In this document: positions 50,002 through 62,292 of the stretch, piece by piece | How positions within the stretch are numbered: position 1 is the first letter of the stretch | Layout of the letters: each line of letters opens with the position of its first letter | Notes under the pieces: model-generated | Database searches by the model: none | Told to the model about the DNA's origin: nothing | The model's input: the letters and a program-made list of their open reading frames with translations, nothing else | Made by a program: the position numbers and the translations under genes | Assembly (NCBI GenBank): GCA_002633005.1 | Contig: NMRA01000508.1 | Location: 204,031 to 268,030, forward strand | Direction: 5' to 3' | DNA length: 64,000 nt | From: Phoronis australis | Lineage: Eukaryota > Animalia > Phoronida

Positions 50002-50139
50002 GTTGAGTAGCTCTCCAATAAAGAAGGTTAGAATATAGACACTTCTCTAATAAAGGAGGTCAATTTCGAGGGAATCGTTTGTAAATTTGTTTTGTTGGTT
50101 CGGCTTGGTTGTTGGATTTCTAAGACCATCCTATTCTAA
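50002..50139. promoter_or_regulatory. Bidirectional promoter/5' region shared by GTF3C4 and METTL18
   Basis: 138 bp between divergent ATGs; 20-bp imperfect direct repeat at 50011-50030 and 50043-50062 (16/20 identical). Confidence 0.7.
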
Positions 50140-50179
50140 ATGGCGTTTAGATTCGATTTTGACGTTGAGGACGATTTTT
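50140..50179 (+). CDS. METTL18: METTL18 exon 1
   Basis: MAFRFDFDVEDDF T|gtatgt. Confidence 0.85.
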
Positions 50180-53100
50180 GTATGTATAAGGTGTCTGTGC
50201 GTAAACTTGGAATCTTGCTTAATCTCAAGATCGCGTATGCGTGAACTTGGACTACGCGAGGAAACTAGTGAAAATTTCACTCAATTCTTAAATCAAATAA
50301 TCACGCTCACGTTGATAAAAATTTGCACTGCACTAAATCATATTACATATTCATAAAATAATGTAAATTTTAACCAATATTTTTCCAACTATTGGGGATC
50401 TTATTCATCAGACAATATTCCTCCGATTCTTTGACACAAGTTAGACTAAAAGCTGGAGAAAGTGGGTGATGATTGATGGAGGCCAGTATTGCAGTAATTA
50501 CAAATATTCTTTACACTGCACAAAAACTTCACCTGATTGACCAAATGAATATTCAATTCCAAGTTCACACATACACAATGTTGAGATTAAGCAGGACTCA
50601 AAGTTCACGCACAGCATGACCAAGGTTGAGTTGAATATTAATTTTTGCAAAACAAAACTGCTCTGTGCCTAGTTGGTCCACCCAAAAGTAACTTTAATCA
50701 ATTCCTGGATGATTTATGTGCAATTTTTTTATTTTCTTCTGAACTGCAGTTAACACATTTCTCATTTGAAAACAACAGAAAAGTGCAATTTCTCAATAAC
50801 AGATTTTTTTATTCGACAGTGTCTAAAATGTTAGTGAATTACATTTCAGGCCCTGGACCAGAGGACTGTGGCAAGGAAGTTGTCATTGAAAATGAAGTTG
50901 ACTCTGTAACAAGACCTCCTCCTACTATAGAAATCCCATTCTCCACTTCAAAGGTGCTTTTTGTATGAAATAATTGCAGTCTTGTACAAGTTGTATTTGA
51001 CATGTGCAGGCCGCTCATGTGAGCCACCAACTGTGTAGGGCGTTGATTCAGACACAGTCTGTGAAGTGACCGAACCAAATAGAAAATAATTCTTTATCTT
51101 TCTGATACTTGAAAATGTATTCAATCTTGACCTTGATGAAAAAGAGTTAAAAACAAGTCTGACAGTAGTTCTCTCGTACCTATGCTATGAAACTCAGTTT
51201 GTATTTCTGAGTCTCTTCATGTTTTAGTGCTATAGAGGGAGACACTTGGCCTAAGTCATGCTTGTCTTGAGGGAACACTCAGCTGTTCATCCTTTTATCA
51301 CAAACTAATCGTGTTTAGCGGATGTTGTCTGCTCTTTAAGGAATATATTACTCACTTCCTCCCCTTGTTTTCCATAGGACCCTGACACCACCAAAGCACT
51401 GCAGCTCCACCTGTCTGACGGCTCAATTTTGCTCTACACCGACATCCGACACCTCTGTCACCATGGCGCCGCTGTCAATGGTGATCGTGCTATGGAAACC
51501 GGCATAATAAGCCAATCAGAAGCTCATCACTCTGATCTCATAGGCGGGGTCTATGAGGGTGGCTTGAAGATCTGGGAGTGTTCTCTAGACCTGGTTGACT
51601 ACCTTGCCTCTTTAGGCAGACACTTTGAGGGAGTTAGAGTGATGGAGGTTGGTTTTTAGGCACATATCTGCTAGACGTTATGCTTATTAATTGTCATCCT
51701 GCACGATTTGTTTCCAAATGCAATGTTCATAATTATGTTGTGTAAAATATAAACAGTGTTCTTTCCAAATTTAGCTTTTTTTATTAAATTGTTTTTGCGC
51801 ATGGTGTTGTCAAACATTGCTGTAAGCAAAACTTTGAAATTTATCTGTGTTCCCAGATCCTCATTCTTAATCCCAAAGCAGTCACGTTTGCTGGTTTTCA
51901 TTTTTCGCTATGTAGGAAGATCACGGGTAGTTAATGGGCAAACGTGTGTTATAAAGTGAGCATCATGTTGACGTCTTATGAGACGAGTTCATTTTCATTG
52001 CCAGTACTGCTGCTCTGTTTTTATTTATTGTTTCTTTTTCAGCTGGGGTGTGGCGCCGGTCTACCAGCCCTTTATACTGCACTTAAAGGGGCACACATTT
52101 ATTTACAGGATTACGTAAGTTGACCTTCTCCATTACCGTACACTTCTTGCAAACCACTTGAATTATGAAGTAGTTGTCAATAAAAGGATCTTTTTGTAAT
52201 TTGTTGATTTGAGAAACGTGTAATACTGAAACAAAAACTTGCCTGTAATAATGTTGCATACTTGATCATCAGTTAAAATAATCATGAACTAATTCGAGGT
52301 TTGATTTTTAAATAATCGATTTGAATGTATTTGTTGCAATTTTGTGGTTTGAGAAGTATTTTATTAAAATAGTCAAAAAAATTACTTGTCCGTTGTCACA
52401 CAAGATGTAAAGGAGGCAGTGCCACCTAGTGTGATAAGTGTGCGCTTCCTTTACACAAGGTTATGGGGTCGATTCACAGTGGGGCACACTAATAGACTCT
52501 TGAGCCAGATTTGTACCTCCTCAGCTGTTTTAATCAAACACAAAACTGGTTTCAGGTGATCAGTGCAATGGACCCACTTGCATGACCTGTGCGCGTCTGG
52601 TGAAACATGGAGTCCGCCTTCATTTTGATATTTTAATTTTTGTATAAGACTGGAAAGAATTTTGAGTCATTCACGTGTTGGTCATACACTGTACATGCCA
52701 AAAACAAACTACGGGTAGGGATCAATGCTGACAGGTATTGACTCGTGTCAAAGGGGAATTCTGTGTCATTTTGTACGATTGCTTTTACTGTAGACTGTGC
52801 AGGGCTCAGTATTTTGTCTGCTGTTACATTTTGCTGGTTTTTTGTCCCTTCGTGGTACGAACTGTGGATGGTGCTTGTATGGGCTCAAGATCCATTCTCC
52901 CAACTTAGACTCCAAATTTTGGAATCAAAGTGGCCGAGTTGTGACTGTGATGCATTGTTCACAAGTTCAAACCCGATTGGAGCAAAAAAAAACGTGCAAG
53001 ATGGAGTGCGAGCTTAAATAAGGATCCAGAGATCGAACCATGTGTCCTTGGCTCGGATTCTAATCTTCAAACTTAAATGCAAAATCATTTTCCCATTTCC

Positions 53101-56100
53101 ATTCTGCTCTATTATTCTGTGCTCGAGCATATTACGGTTTTCAAACTTGAATTCCTGGTCCAAGTTTTTGCCTCACAACCCTTGATTTGAGCTACAAGCT
53201 CGAGATATTGAGTTCAGACTTGAACTTATAGCCTTAATGCTAGAGTAAACATATAATTATGTATTGTGAACTAAGATCCCGTTTAAAAAAATATTGACAG
53301 GTTTAGTATGTTCTTGCTTTAGAACGAGGATGGGATTTGACAAGTAACTCTCTGTTATTCAAAAATACTTTTTAGTTCAAAGATTAGTCCCTGGACCCTT
53401 GCTTGTTAGTTTCTTGAAATACAGTGAACTGAGATCACCTTTAAAAAAAGATATTGACAAGTTTATGTTCTTGCTTAGAATGAGGATGTGATTAGACAAG
53501 TAACTCTCCCTAACGTCTTGCTGAATTCACAAGGAAAAGATGTCAAGTGTAAATTATATGCAGGTGATTGGTCGGATGTCGGGGAACTGGTCAACAGTGG
53601 TGATAACATGTGAGTTCATTTTGCTCATCTAACTTTTAGAAGTATGGTAATCCTTCTACAGGTCGTGGAATTTTTTGTCGTCAGAAACAGACATTGTTAA
53701 AGTTGCATTTCACCATATTAAACCGACTAAAAACAAAAATTGATTAAGGACCTTTACTCTCATGCTATCAGTCTCGTAACATTTTGTTAATAACAGCAAT
53801 GAATTATTCGATGGTGATTGTCTGTGTCAGTTGATAATGATTCAAATTTTTAGGGTAATTCTTTTATTATTTTGAGAATTTTTTCGGGACATGGGAGGGA
53901 ATTCACATGGTTTTAAAATGTTTGTCTGTGAGGAATAAGGCCAATGCTTGGCCCCAAATCGCAGCCTTTGTGAAGCAACCTCAAATTTACACACTGTAAT
54001 GATCAAGAATTAGTATAACACATAATTCCAGTAATGGGAATATTATTAATAATTTAAACCTTCTACAATGTTACTCAAACAGTTTTTTCAAATTATTACT
54101 GCATTTTAATAAAAGTTTTCCGTATTTTACAAAATTTTAAAATGCCATCGGTATGCAGGTAGTACATCAAATGATACCGTATTTAGAACAGTTTAGTCTG
54201 GTGCACATTATTCCATTAATGATTATGATTTAACTTGAGCCATTAATCCATACAATTTCAGATATGATGTGATTCTAACATCAGAAACCATCTATAATAC
54301 ATCGTCGTATGAAAAGTTGCATGACGCAATGGCTGTCCTGCTTCAACCTTTTGGCGAAGTGTATCCTTTTATCTTAGCTTCATATTGTATTTCTTTTGTG
54401 ATGGACCATAGCGATTAGCCAGCTCACCTACGTGGGGGTAGCCTGCACACTTACCCAGGGTAACCTGCACACTTACCCAGGGTAGCCTGCACACTTACCC
54501 AGGGTAGCCTGCACACTTACCCAGGGTAGCCTGCACACTTACCCAGGGTAGCCTGCCCACCTACCCGGGGTAGCCAGCACACCTACCCGGGGTAGCCAGC
54601 ACACCTACCCGGGGTAGCCAGCACATCTACTTGGGCTAACCAGCACACCTACCCCAGCTAGTCAGCACACCTATCCCGGCTAGTCAGCACACCTGCCCAG
54701 ATAAACAGCACACCTACCTGGGGATGGTCATAATTCTCGAGAGCATTGAAATTCTGAAATTCCGATCAGTGCCTCTGTCCAATGGGAAATATTGGGAAGC
54801 AATGGGTGCTGATGAAATGGGATTAGTGACTCGTATCGCCTCCTCGCTCTACCAGGAGGTCCTTTGTCTTCACAACGGATGGTGTAGGGGAATGGTTTGC
54901 CTTTGTGAAAAGACTCGACTTTTACAATGTATGTGATTAGACGTGATGTGTTTTACACAAAAGTTATATAAAGTACCTCATCCTCCTTTGGAGGCCACTT
55001 GTATCTGGTCCCACGTGACCAGTGCCATTTTGCCTTGGAACATCTCTCATTCAATAAAAGTTCCGGAAGTTCCCAAATATAACTAACATCTCTTTATTTA
55101 TCGCCTCGCAATATGAGCAGTTATATTAGTTTGTAATATGTACTCCCTGAAGGCCCTGAGCTTGCATCACAGCCATTTTGTAACATGTACTCAAGAACAC
55201 AATAGCCAGCCTAGGACCTCTCTAATACTAAACCACATGAGGAATCAATACCCCAAACAAAGCCTTCATCTCAAGGCTGGAATTTGGAAGTGGAATATTG
55301 TGCATTGTTGCGTATAATAATTCAACAGAGTCCCTTCCCATGACCTCTGGAAAAACTCCCGTTTCAACTGTCGTTCAAACTGGGTTCCTTTTGCTACTCG
55401 TGGCAAGGATGTATGTGATTGAGTCATCGCAACCACCAGTCAAACACAGATGTCCTACCAGACTTGTATTTGAAGAACATTAGTGGGATAGAGTTAAGGT
55501 ACAGGGTTCAATTCTCAATCAAGGCAGTATTTTTTCAGAATTCTAATTATTAGATGATGCGCAAGGGCGGATCTAGGATTTTGAGTGAGGGAGGGGNGTC
55601 GGATGTCGGGGAACTGGTCAGCAGTGGTGCTAACATGTGAGTTCATTTTGCTCACCTAACTTTTAGAAGTATGGTAATCCTTCTACAGCTTGTGGAATTT
55701 TTTGTCGTCAGAAACAGGCATTGTTAAAGTTGCATTTCACCATATTAAACCGACTAAAAACAAAAATTGATTAAGGACCTTTACTCTCATGCTATCAGTC
55801 TCGTAACATTTTGTTAATAACAGCAATTAATTATTCGATGGTGATTGTCTGTGTCAGTTGATAATGATTCAAATTTTTAGGGTAATTCTTTTTTATTTTG
55901 AGAATTTTTTCGGGACATGGGAGGGAATTCACATGGTTTTAAAATGTTTTTCTGTGAGGAATAAGGCCAATGCTTGGCCCCAAATCGCAGCCTTTGTGAA
56001 GCAACCTCAAATTTACACACTGTAATGATCAAGAATTAGTGTAACATGTAATTCCAGTAATGGGAATATTATTCATAATTTAAACCTTCTACAATGTTAT

Positions 56101-59100
56101 TCAAACAGTTTTTTTCAAATTATTACTGCATTTTAATAAAAGTTTTCCGTATTTTACATAATTTTAAAATGCCATCGGTATGCAGGTAGTACATCAAATG
56201 ATACCATATTTAGAACAGTTTAGTTCCATTAATGATTATGATTTAATTTGAGACATTAATCCATACAATTTCAGATATGATGTGATTCTAACGTCAGAAA
56301 CCATCTATAATACATCGTCGTATGAAAAGTTACATGACGCAATGGCTGTCCTGCTTCAACCTTTTGGCGAAGTGTATCCTTTTATCTTAGCTTCATATTG
56401 TATATCTTTTGTGATGGACCATAGCGAGTAGCCAGCTCACCTACCTGGGGGTAGCCTGCACACTTACCCAGGGTAACCTGCACACTTACCCAGGGTAGCC
56501 TGCACACTTACCCAGGGTAGCCTGCACACTTACCCAGGGTAGCCTGCACACTTACCCGGGGTAGCCAGCACACCTACATGGGGTAGCCAGCACACCTACC
56601 CGGGGTAGCCAGCACACCTACCCGGGCTAGCCAGCACACCTACCCCGGCTAGTCAGCACACCTGCCCAGATAAACAGCCCACCTACGTGGGGACGGTCAT
56701 AATTCTCGAGAGCATTGAAATTCTGAAATTCCGATCAGTGCCTCTGTCCAATGGGAAACATTGGGAAGCAATGGGTGCTGATGAAATGGGATTAGTGACT
56801 GGTATCGCCTCCTCGCTCTACCAGGAGGTCCTTTGTCTTCACAACGGATGGCGTAGGGGAATGGTTTGCCTTCGTGAAAAGACTCTTTTACAATGTATGT
56901 GATTAGACGTGATGTGTTTTACACAAAAGTTATAAAGTACCTCATCCTCCTTTGGAGGCCACTGGTATCTGGTCCCACGTGACCAGTTGCCACTTTGTCT
57001 TTGAACATCTCTCATTCAATAAAAGTTCGGGTAGTTCCCAAATATAACTAACATCTCTTTATTTATTGCCTCGCAATATGAGCAGGTGATTGCTTAACCC
57101 TTATCCTGCTGAGCCTCTATTCAGACTACTTTCCCTGTGTGCTGAGCTAAGTAGGTCACCACTACTGCTGTACACTATTAAGCTGTTATGGAGGTCACCC
57201 AGACTAATGACTTAACAATTTTAAATTGGAAATTTGAAGGGGAAATATTAAATTAACAGAAAGGAAGTCAATACAAAACTTGTGCAGAATTTAATGGAGA
57301 TTTTCACCATGTGTAAGTCTTTATCATAGCCTTGGTAAAAGCAAACTGATCCACTGTCATCCTCTCCCGTATGGCTCCAGCCATGTAATGAAACTATGTG
57401 TCTACACTTACATAAACCTGCCAATATCTCCCAAACTAGTAATCACAGTCATATGGTTTAAATTGGAGAACTGTAGAGGAAACTGTGAAGTATGGAATGC
57501 TGGTGGTCACATATCTAAACAACATTCCAGGGCTCTTACAATTTCTGAATGAAAATCACTAGTGTCCTGGGGTGAGTGCACTCTCCTAGGGCAGCCCAGC
57601 TGTAACTTATTATAGTCGATTGAGTACACCCAAGGCATTTTAATAGGATAATTGGCATGTCGGCTGACCTCGCCTAGCCCAGGATAAGGGTTAATATTCA
57701 AATCAGTTATATTAGTTTGTAATATGTACTCCCTGAAAGCCCTGAGCTTGCATCACAGCCATTTTGTAACATGTACTCAAGAACACAATAGCCAGCCTGG
57801 GACCTCTTCCTAGTACTAAACCACATGAGGAATCAATACCCCAAACAAAGCCTTCATCTCAAGGCTGGAATTTGGAAGTGGAACATTGTGCATTGTTGTG
57901 TATAATATTTCAACAGAGTCCCTTCCCATGACCTCTGGAAAAACTCCCGTTTCAACTGTCGTTCAAACTGGGTTCCTTTTGCTACTCGTGGCAAGGATGT
58001 ATGTGATTGAGTCATCGCAACCACCAGTCAAACACAGATGTCCTACCAGACTTGTATTTGAAGAACATTAGTGGGATAGAGTTAAGGTACAGGGTTCAAT
58101 TCTCAATCAAGGCAGTATTTTTTCAGAATTCTAATTATTAGATGATGCGCAAGGGCGGATCTAGGATTTTGAGTGAGGGAGGGGGCCAGGGCAGAGTATT
58201 AGCCAAGATTTTGCCTGTCAGACATTCACACCACTGAACTTCCAAATGGAATCTGGGAGAATTTTTAGGAGGGGACATGGCCCCCTTGCCCCTGCCCNCC
58301 CCCCCCCCCCCTCCCCAATTCCGTTATGTGAGTGATAGATATGTATAAACTAGCAACAAGGTGTGCGATTATCATTCATATTACGACTTCAGAATTGTCC
58401 TCCAGAGGTACTCGTAATCATTACACCATAACAGCATACGCAGATTTGTAGCGGCCAAGACTCACTATTTCGGAGTCGGTGGTGGTACTGATCTGTTCAA
58501 AGAGTTTGTGAAGAACAGAGGCGTGTTTGAAATTACCACTGTCAAGCAGTTTGATGAAGGTTTGTATATGCGGATTGGGTATGAGAACTCTCCTAAACAC
58601 TGGCTGTCCCGGACAAGAGTGATTATAAGCAAATGTTCGTGACAACATGTGGTTTCCTTTTTGAATGTTTTTGACCGCCTATTATCCACTCTCATGATAT
58701 GTGCGTAACAAAACGAGACATTTGCGTAATTTTAAACCAGTGCCTGGATGCATAAAACCATCACAAATAGGGTCTCAGTTAATATGCTCCTTAACATTTT
58801 GCTGCTTTGGTGGTCTTGTGAAAAACTGATTGTTCTGAGACTGTCTTTCTAATTGCTGTAACAGTTGTATTTCAATTCTTTTACTTTTGTATGCGCTGAG
58901 AGTAAACTCTACATTGAATTCTCAGTGTTACTGAAGATAAATAGAGAACATTTCATGCAACTCCCCTAAGTTGAGGATGAAGTTCTTGTTTATTTACATA
59001 TTATTAGCTAGTGTCTTTAGCCAAATAGGAGCTCATATTAAAGACGAAATTAAAATAAATATTTAACGTTTGTTAGTAAAGACATAACTCGCAGGAGATT

Positions 59101-59477
59101 AAGAGAACTTATTAGAGTCCCTGTTTGCGCAACTACGCACAGGCTTCTGAGAGCAACTTACAACCTAGTAGTGCAACTACTTATTCTTTTTTGCTTTGGT
59201 TCATTTGTTTGCCTATCAGTGATGGTCTGAGTACTGTGCTACACAACAAGTAGTTATTAATCCGAGAGTGCAAATTATCAGTTTTTTTTTTGAAAATGGA
59301 CCAATTATTTACAAGTCAGATAATTGTAGCCAGCATGTCATTGACGTTATGTAGTAGTCTAGAAAAGTGTGAAAGGTATGCTCTTATTTGTGGTCTGATA
59401 TTATTTTATTCTTTGCAGGTGTAAAACGTGAAATCATGCGAATGGTTTTCCACAGTAGCAAGACAGAAGTTAGTTGA
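50140..59477 (+). CDS. METTL18: Histidine protein methyltransferase 1 homolog (METTL18/Hpm1), 8 exons, 296 aa
   Basis: Exons 50140-50179, 50850-50953, 51378-51647, 52043-52114, 53479-53609, 54262-54360, 58444-58559, 59419-59477 total 891 nt in frame. Motifs MAFRFDF, HSDLIGGVYEGGLKIWECSLDL, ELGCGAGLP, QDYN, GDWS, YDVILTSETIY, AAKTHYFGVGGG, GVKREI. Confidence 0.95.
50850..50953 (+). CDS. METTL18: METTL18 exon 2
   Basis: PGPEDCGKEVVIENEVDSVTRPPPTIEIPFSTSK, phase 1 to 0. Confidence 0.75.
51378..51647 (+). CDS. METTL18: METTL18 exon 3
   Basis: DPDTTKAL...SDLIGGVYEGGLKIWECSLDLVDYL...RVME. Confidence 0.93.
52043..52114 (+). CDS. METTL18: METTL18 exon 4
   Basis: LGCGAGLPALYTALKGAHIYLQDY|gtaagt (SAM motif I). 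Confidence 0.95.
53479..53609 (+). CDS. METTL18: METTL18 exon 5
   Basis: NEDVIRQVTLPNVLLN...YAGDWSDV...|gtgagt. Confidence 0.92.
54262..54360 (+). CDS. METTL18: METTL18 exon 6 (second copy at 56275-56373)
   Basis: YDVILTSETIYNTSSYEKLHDAMAVLLQPFGEV|GTATCCTTTT. Confidence 0.9.
54437..54722. repeat. 22-bp minisatellite GGGTAGCCTGCACACTTACCCA (duplicate at ~56449-56692)
   Basis: About 13 progressively diverging units; unit number differs between the two copies. Confidence 0.9.
57098..57690. mobile_element. piggyBac-like MITE (593 bp)
   Basis: TTAA|CCCTTATCCTG ... CAGGATAAGGG|TTAA; present in only one copy of the duplicated segment. Confidence 0.9.
58444..58559 (+). CDS. METTL18: METTL18 exon 7
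   Basis: FVAAKTHYFGVGGGTDLFKEFVKNRGVFEITTVKQFDE. Confidence 0.93.
59419..59477 (+). CDS. METTL18: METTL18 exon 8
   Basis: ttctttgcag|GVKREIMRMVFHSSKTEVS*. Confidence 0.88.
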
Positions 59478-59732
59478 CAGATCAGCTGCCTTTGATAAAT
59501 TTGGGGAGGGGTTGTCCTTTTCATTGATTTATGAGGATGTGTTATGTGGTAATGTTACTTGTTCAAAATGGTCCAACTGTAATGTGTTTTTACCAGGAAT
59601 GCAGTACAACTCACTTGTAAGATATGATGTGTCCAAGCAATAACAAAGTTACTTAAATACAATACTAGCAGAGACATCTATTGTCACACCAACTAAGTGA
59701 CTGTATATTAGGGCATCTTTTAATCAGTGTCC

Positions 59733-62233
59733 AGCAGAGCACTATGTTGTGCAGTGCAACAAATTTCAGTGCTGTACACCTATGGACCATGACATAGGGG
59801 GCGGGGGGGCTATGGACACTCCACTTATTTCAGTGCTGCACTGCCCATGACTGTGGTAGGGCCCTGAGTTCAGAGTAACGATTTTGGAAGGAAAATCTCC
59901 TGTGTGCAATATCCATCATCCAGACCACCTGTTGATTACAAATGTATTGTGCATCCTGTTTTCATTGGTTGATTTAATTCTGTTTTGGATGAGCGGTATA
60001 CCAGAATGCATTGTACTGTGACATCTCCTTCTCTTGTGTAATGAGGTGTGTAATTTGAAGTTCTGTTTTGCATGAAAAACTGATTGTATGGACTATGCAA
60101 TATCCTCTGTTGTACTTTAGGATGGGTTGAATGTGTAATTTGCATCATGGTATATTGTAATTAAAGTCTCTTCAGTTCCGAACCCTTCATGGCAAATTCA
60201 GGGGAAACTTTAGTACACGTGTATCTCTGACATGCCGGAGAGTTGGCATTCATTAATAAAAACAAACACAAAAACAACGGATTGTGTTGTTTTATTCCTC
60301 TGGTCAAAGCTCACAACTTCAAGAAGTCTACCCAGTCAACAACCCCAAAATGTGTACATGTATTTTCGGCCACAAAAACGTTTTGGTGTCCCTTTAATAA
60401 AACGAACTGTATCATATTTGCTCAGTGGGAAATCATAATTTCAAGCTGCGTTTTTTCTAAAACTTCTGATGGGGCTATTCGGAAAATCTACAACAACTAG
60501 AGGGCGTGCGTGTACTAGTGGTGATAGATTAACAGCCTCGATTTCGCGAGCCCTTTAAATACATGGTGAAATGGCTTGCAGCCGTGCCAACTGAATCTGA
60601 GATTGTGTAAAAAGGGTGCTTCTATGAGGGGAAGTAAGCACGACCTCATACAAAGGTAATTTTTGTGATCATTTTAACGATTATTCCATGATTATTCTAC
60701 CGATGCCTGTTAACTGAGGCACTCTCCGAAGTCGACTTCGCGGCAGTCAGTCGCCAGCCAGAGTCTGGTTAATCTTTGTATGTTGTGATATGTGATACGA
60801 TACTGGACGTAGCAATCGGTATGTTTTCGTACATCAAAGCATTATTATTGTTTGGAATGATTTCTAAAAGTTTATCAGTGGCAGTTACATCAATCAATGC
60901 TGAATATGCTGTCAACTCGATACAGGTTAAATTTGAGTTAAGATTACAATCCAATCCCAATGGCAAAGGGTACGTGAGTGATNAGCAGAGCACTATGTTG
61001 TGCAGTGCAACAAATTTCAGTGCTGTACACCTATGGACCATGACATAGGGGGCGGGGGGCTATGGCCACTCCACTTATTTCAGTGCTGCACCGCCCATGA
61101 CTGTGGTAGGGCCCTGAGTTCAGAGTAACGATTTTGGAAGGAAAATCTCTCGTGTGCAATATCCATCATTCAGACCACCTGTTGATTACAAATGTATTGT
61201 GCATCCTGTTTTCATTGGTTGATTTAATTCTGTTTTGGATGAGTGGTATCCCAGAATGCATTGTACTGTGACATCTCCTTCTCCTGTGTAATGAGGTGTG
61301 TAATATGAAGTTCTGTTTTGCATAAAAAACTGATTTTATGGACTATGCAATATCCTCTGTTGTACTTTAGGATGGGTTGAATGTGTAATTTGCATCATGG
61401 TATATTGTAATTAAAGTCTCTTCAGTTCCGAACCCTTCATGGCAAATTCAGGGGAAACTATAGTACACGTGTATCTCTGACATGCCGGAGACTTGGCATT
61501 CATTAATAATAACAAACACAAAAACAACGGATTGTGTTGTTTTATTCCTCTGGTCAAAGCTCACAACTTCAAGAAGTCTACCCAGTCAACAACCCCAAAA
61601 TGTGTACATGTACTTTCGGCCACAAAAACGTTTTGGTGTCCCTTTAATAAAACGAACTGTATCATATTTGCTCAGTGGGAAATTTTAATTTCAAGCTGCG
61701 TTTTTTCTAAAACTTCTGATGGGGCTATTCGGAAAATCTACAACAACTAGAGGGCGTGCGTGTACTAGTGGTGATAGATTAACAGCCTCGATTTTGCGAG
61801 CCCTTTAAATACATGGTGAAATGGCTTGCAGCCGTGCCAACTGAATCTGAGATTGTGTAAAAAGGGTGCTTCTATGAGGGAAAGTTAGCACGACCTCATA
61901 CAAAGGTAATGTTTGTGATCATTTTAACGATTATTCCATGATTATTCTACCGATGCCTGTTAACTGAGGCACTCGCCGATGTCGACTTCGCGGCAGTCAG
62001 TCGCCAGCCAGAGTCTGGTTAATCTTTGTATGTTGTGATATGTGATACGATACTGGACGTAGCAATCGAGATCTTTTCGTACATCAAAGCATTATTATTG
62101 TTTGGAATGATTTCTAAAAGTTTATCAGTGACAGTTACATCAATCAATGCTGAATGTTTATGCTGTCAACTCGATACAGGTTAATGAGTTAAGATTACAA
62201 TCCAATCCCAATGGCAAAGGGTACGTGAGTGAT
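59733..62233. repeat. ~1.25-kb tandem duplication joined by a single N (60983); probable haplotype overlap
   Basis: 59733-60982 vs 60984-62233 nearly identical. Confidence 0.88.
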
Positions 62234-62292
62234 AAATATCCATTGCATTAGACTATTTGTTTACTCCCTATCATATGTCTTCTGGAAATCTA

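Larger units (their letters stand above)
53571..58184. repeat. ~2-kb tandem duplication joined by a single N (55597); probable haplotype overlap
   Basis: 53571-55596 vs 55598-58184; the second copy carries an extra ~620 bp. Confidence 0.85.
54361..58443 (+). other. U12-type GT-AG intron of METTL18 (intron 6)
   Basis: 5' site GTATCCTTTT (also at 56374 in the duplicate); acceptor has no polypyrimidine tract and has ACCATAAC 11 nt before the exon. Confidence 0.85.

Noticed and set aside
52425-52490. tRNA-like A/B box sequence
   Set aside because: No cloverleaf; at most a decayed SINE head.
56275-56373. Second METTL18 exon 6 as a mutually exclusive exon
   Set aside because: Same protein sequence and inside an N-joined near-identical block; allelic copy is simpler.
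54437-56692. Palindromic 22-bp repeats resembling a CRISPR array
   Set aside because: No unique spacers, no cas genes, eukaryotic intron; it is a minisatellite.
60232-61750. Duplicated 68- and 85-aa ORFs downstream of METTL18
   Set aside because: No homology or splice support; part of the N-joined duplication.
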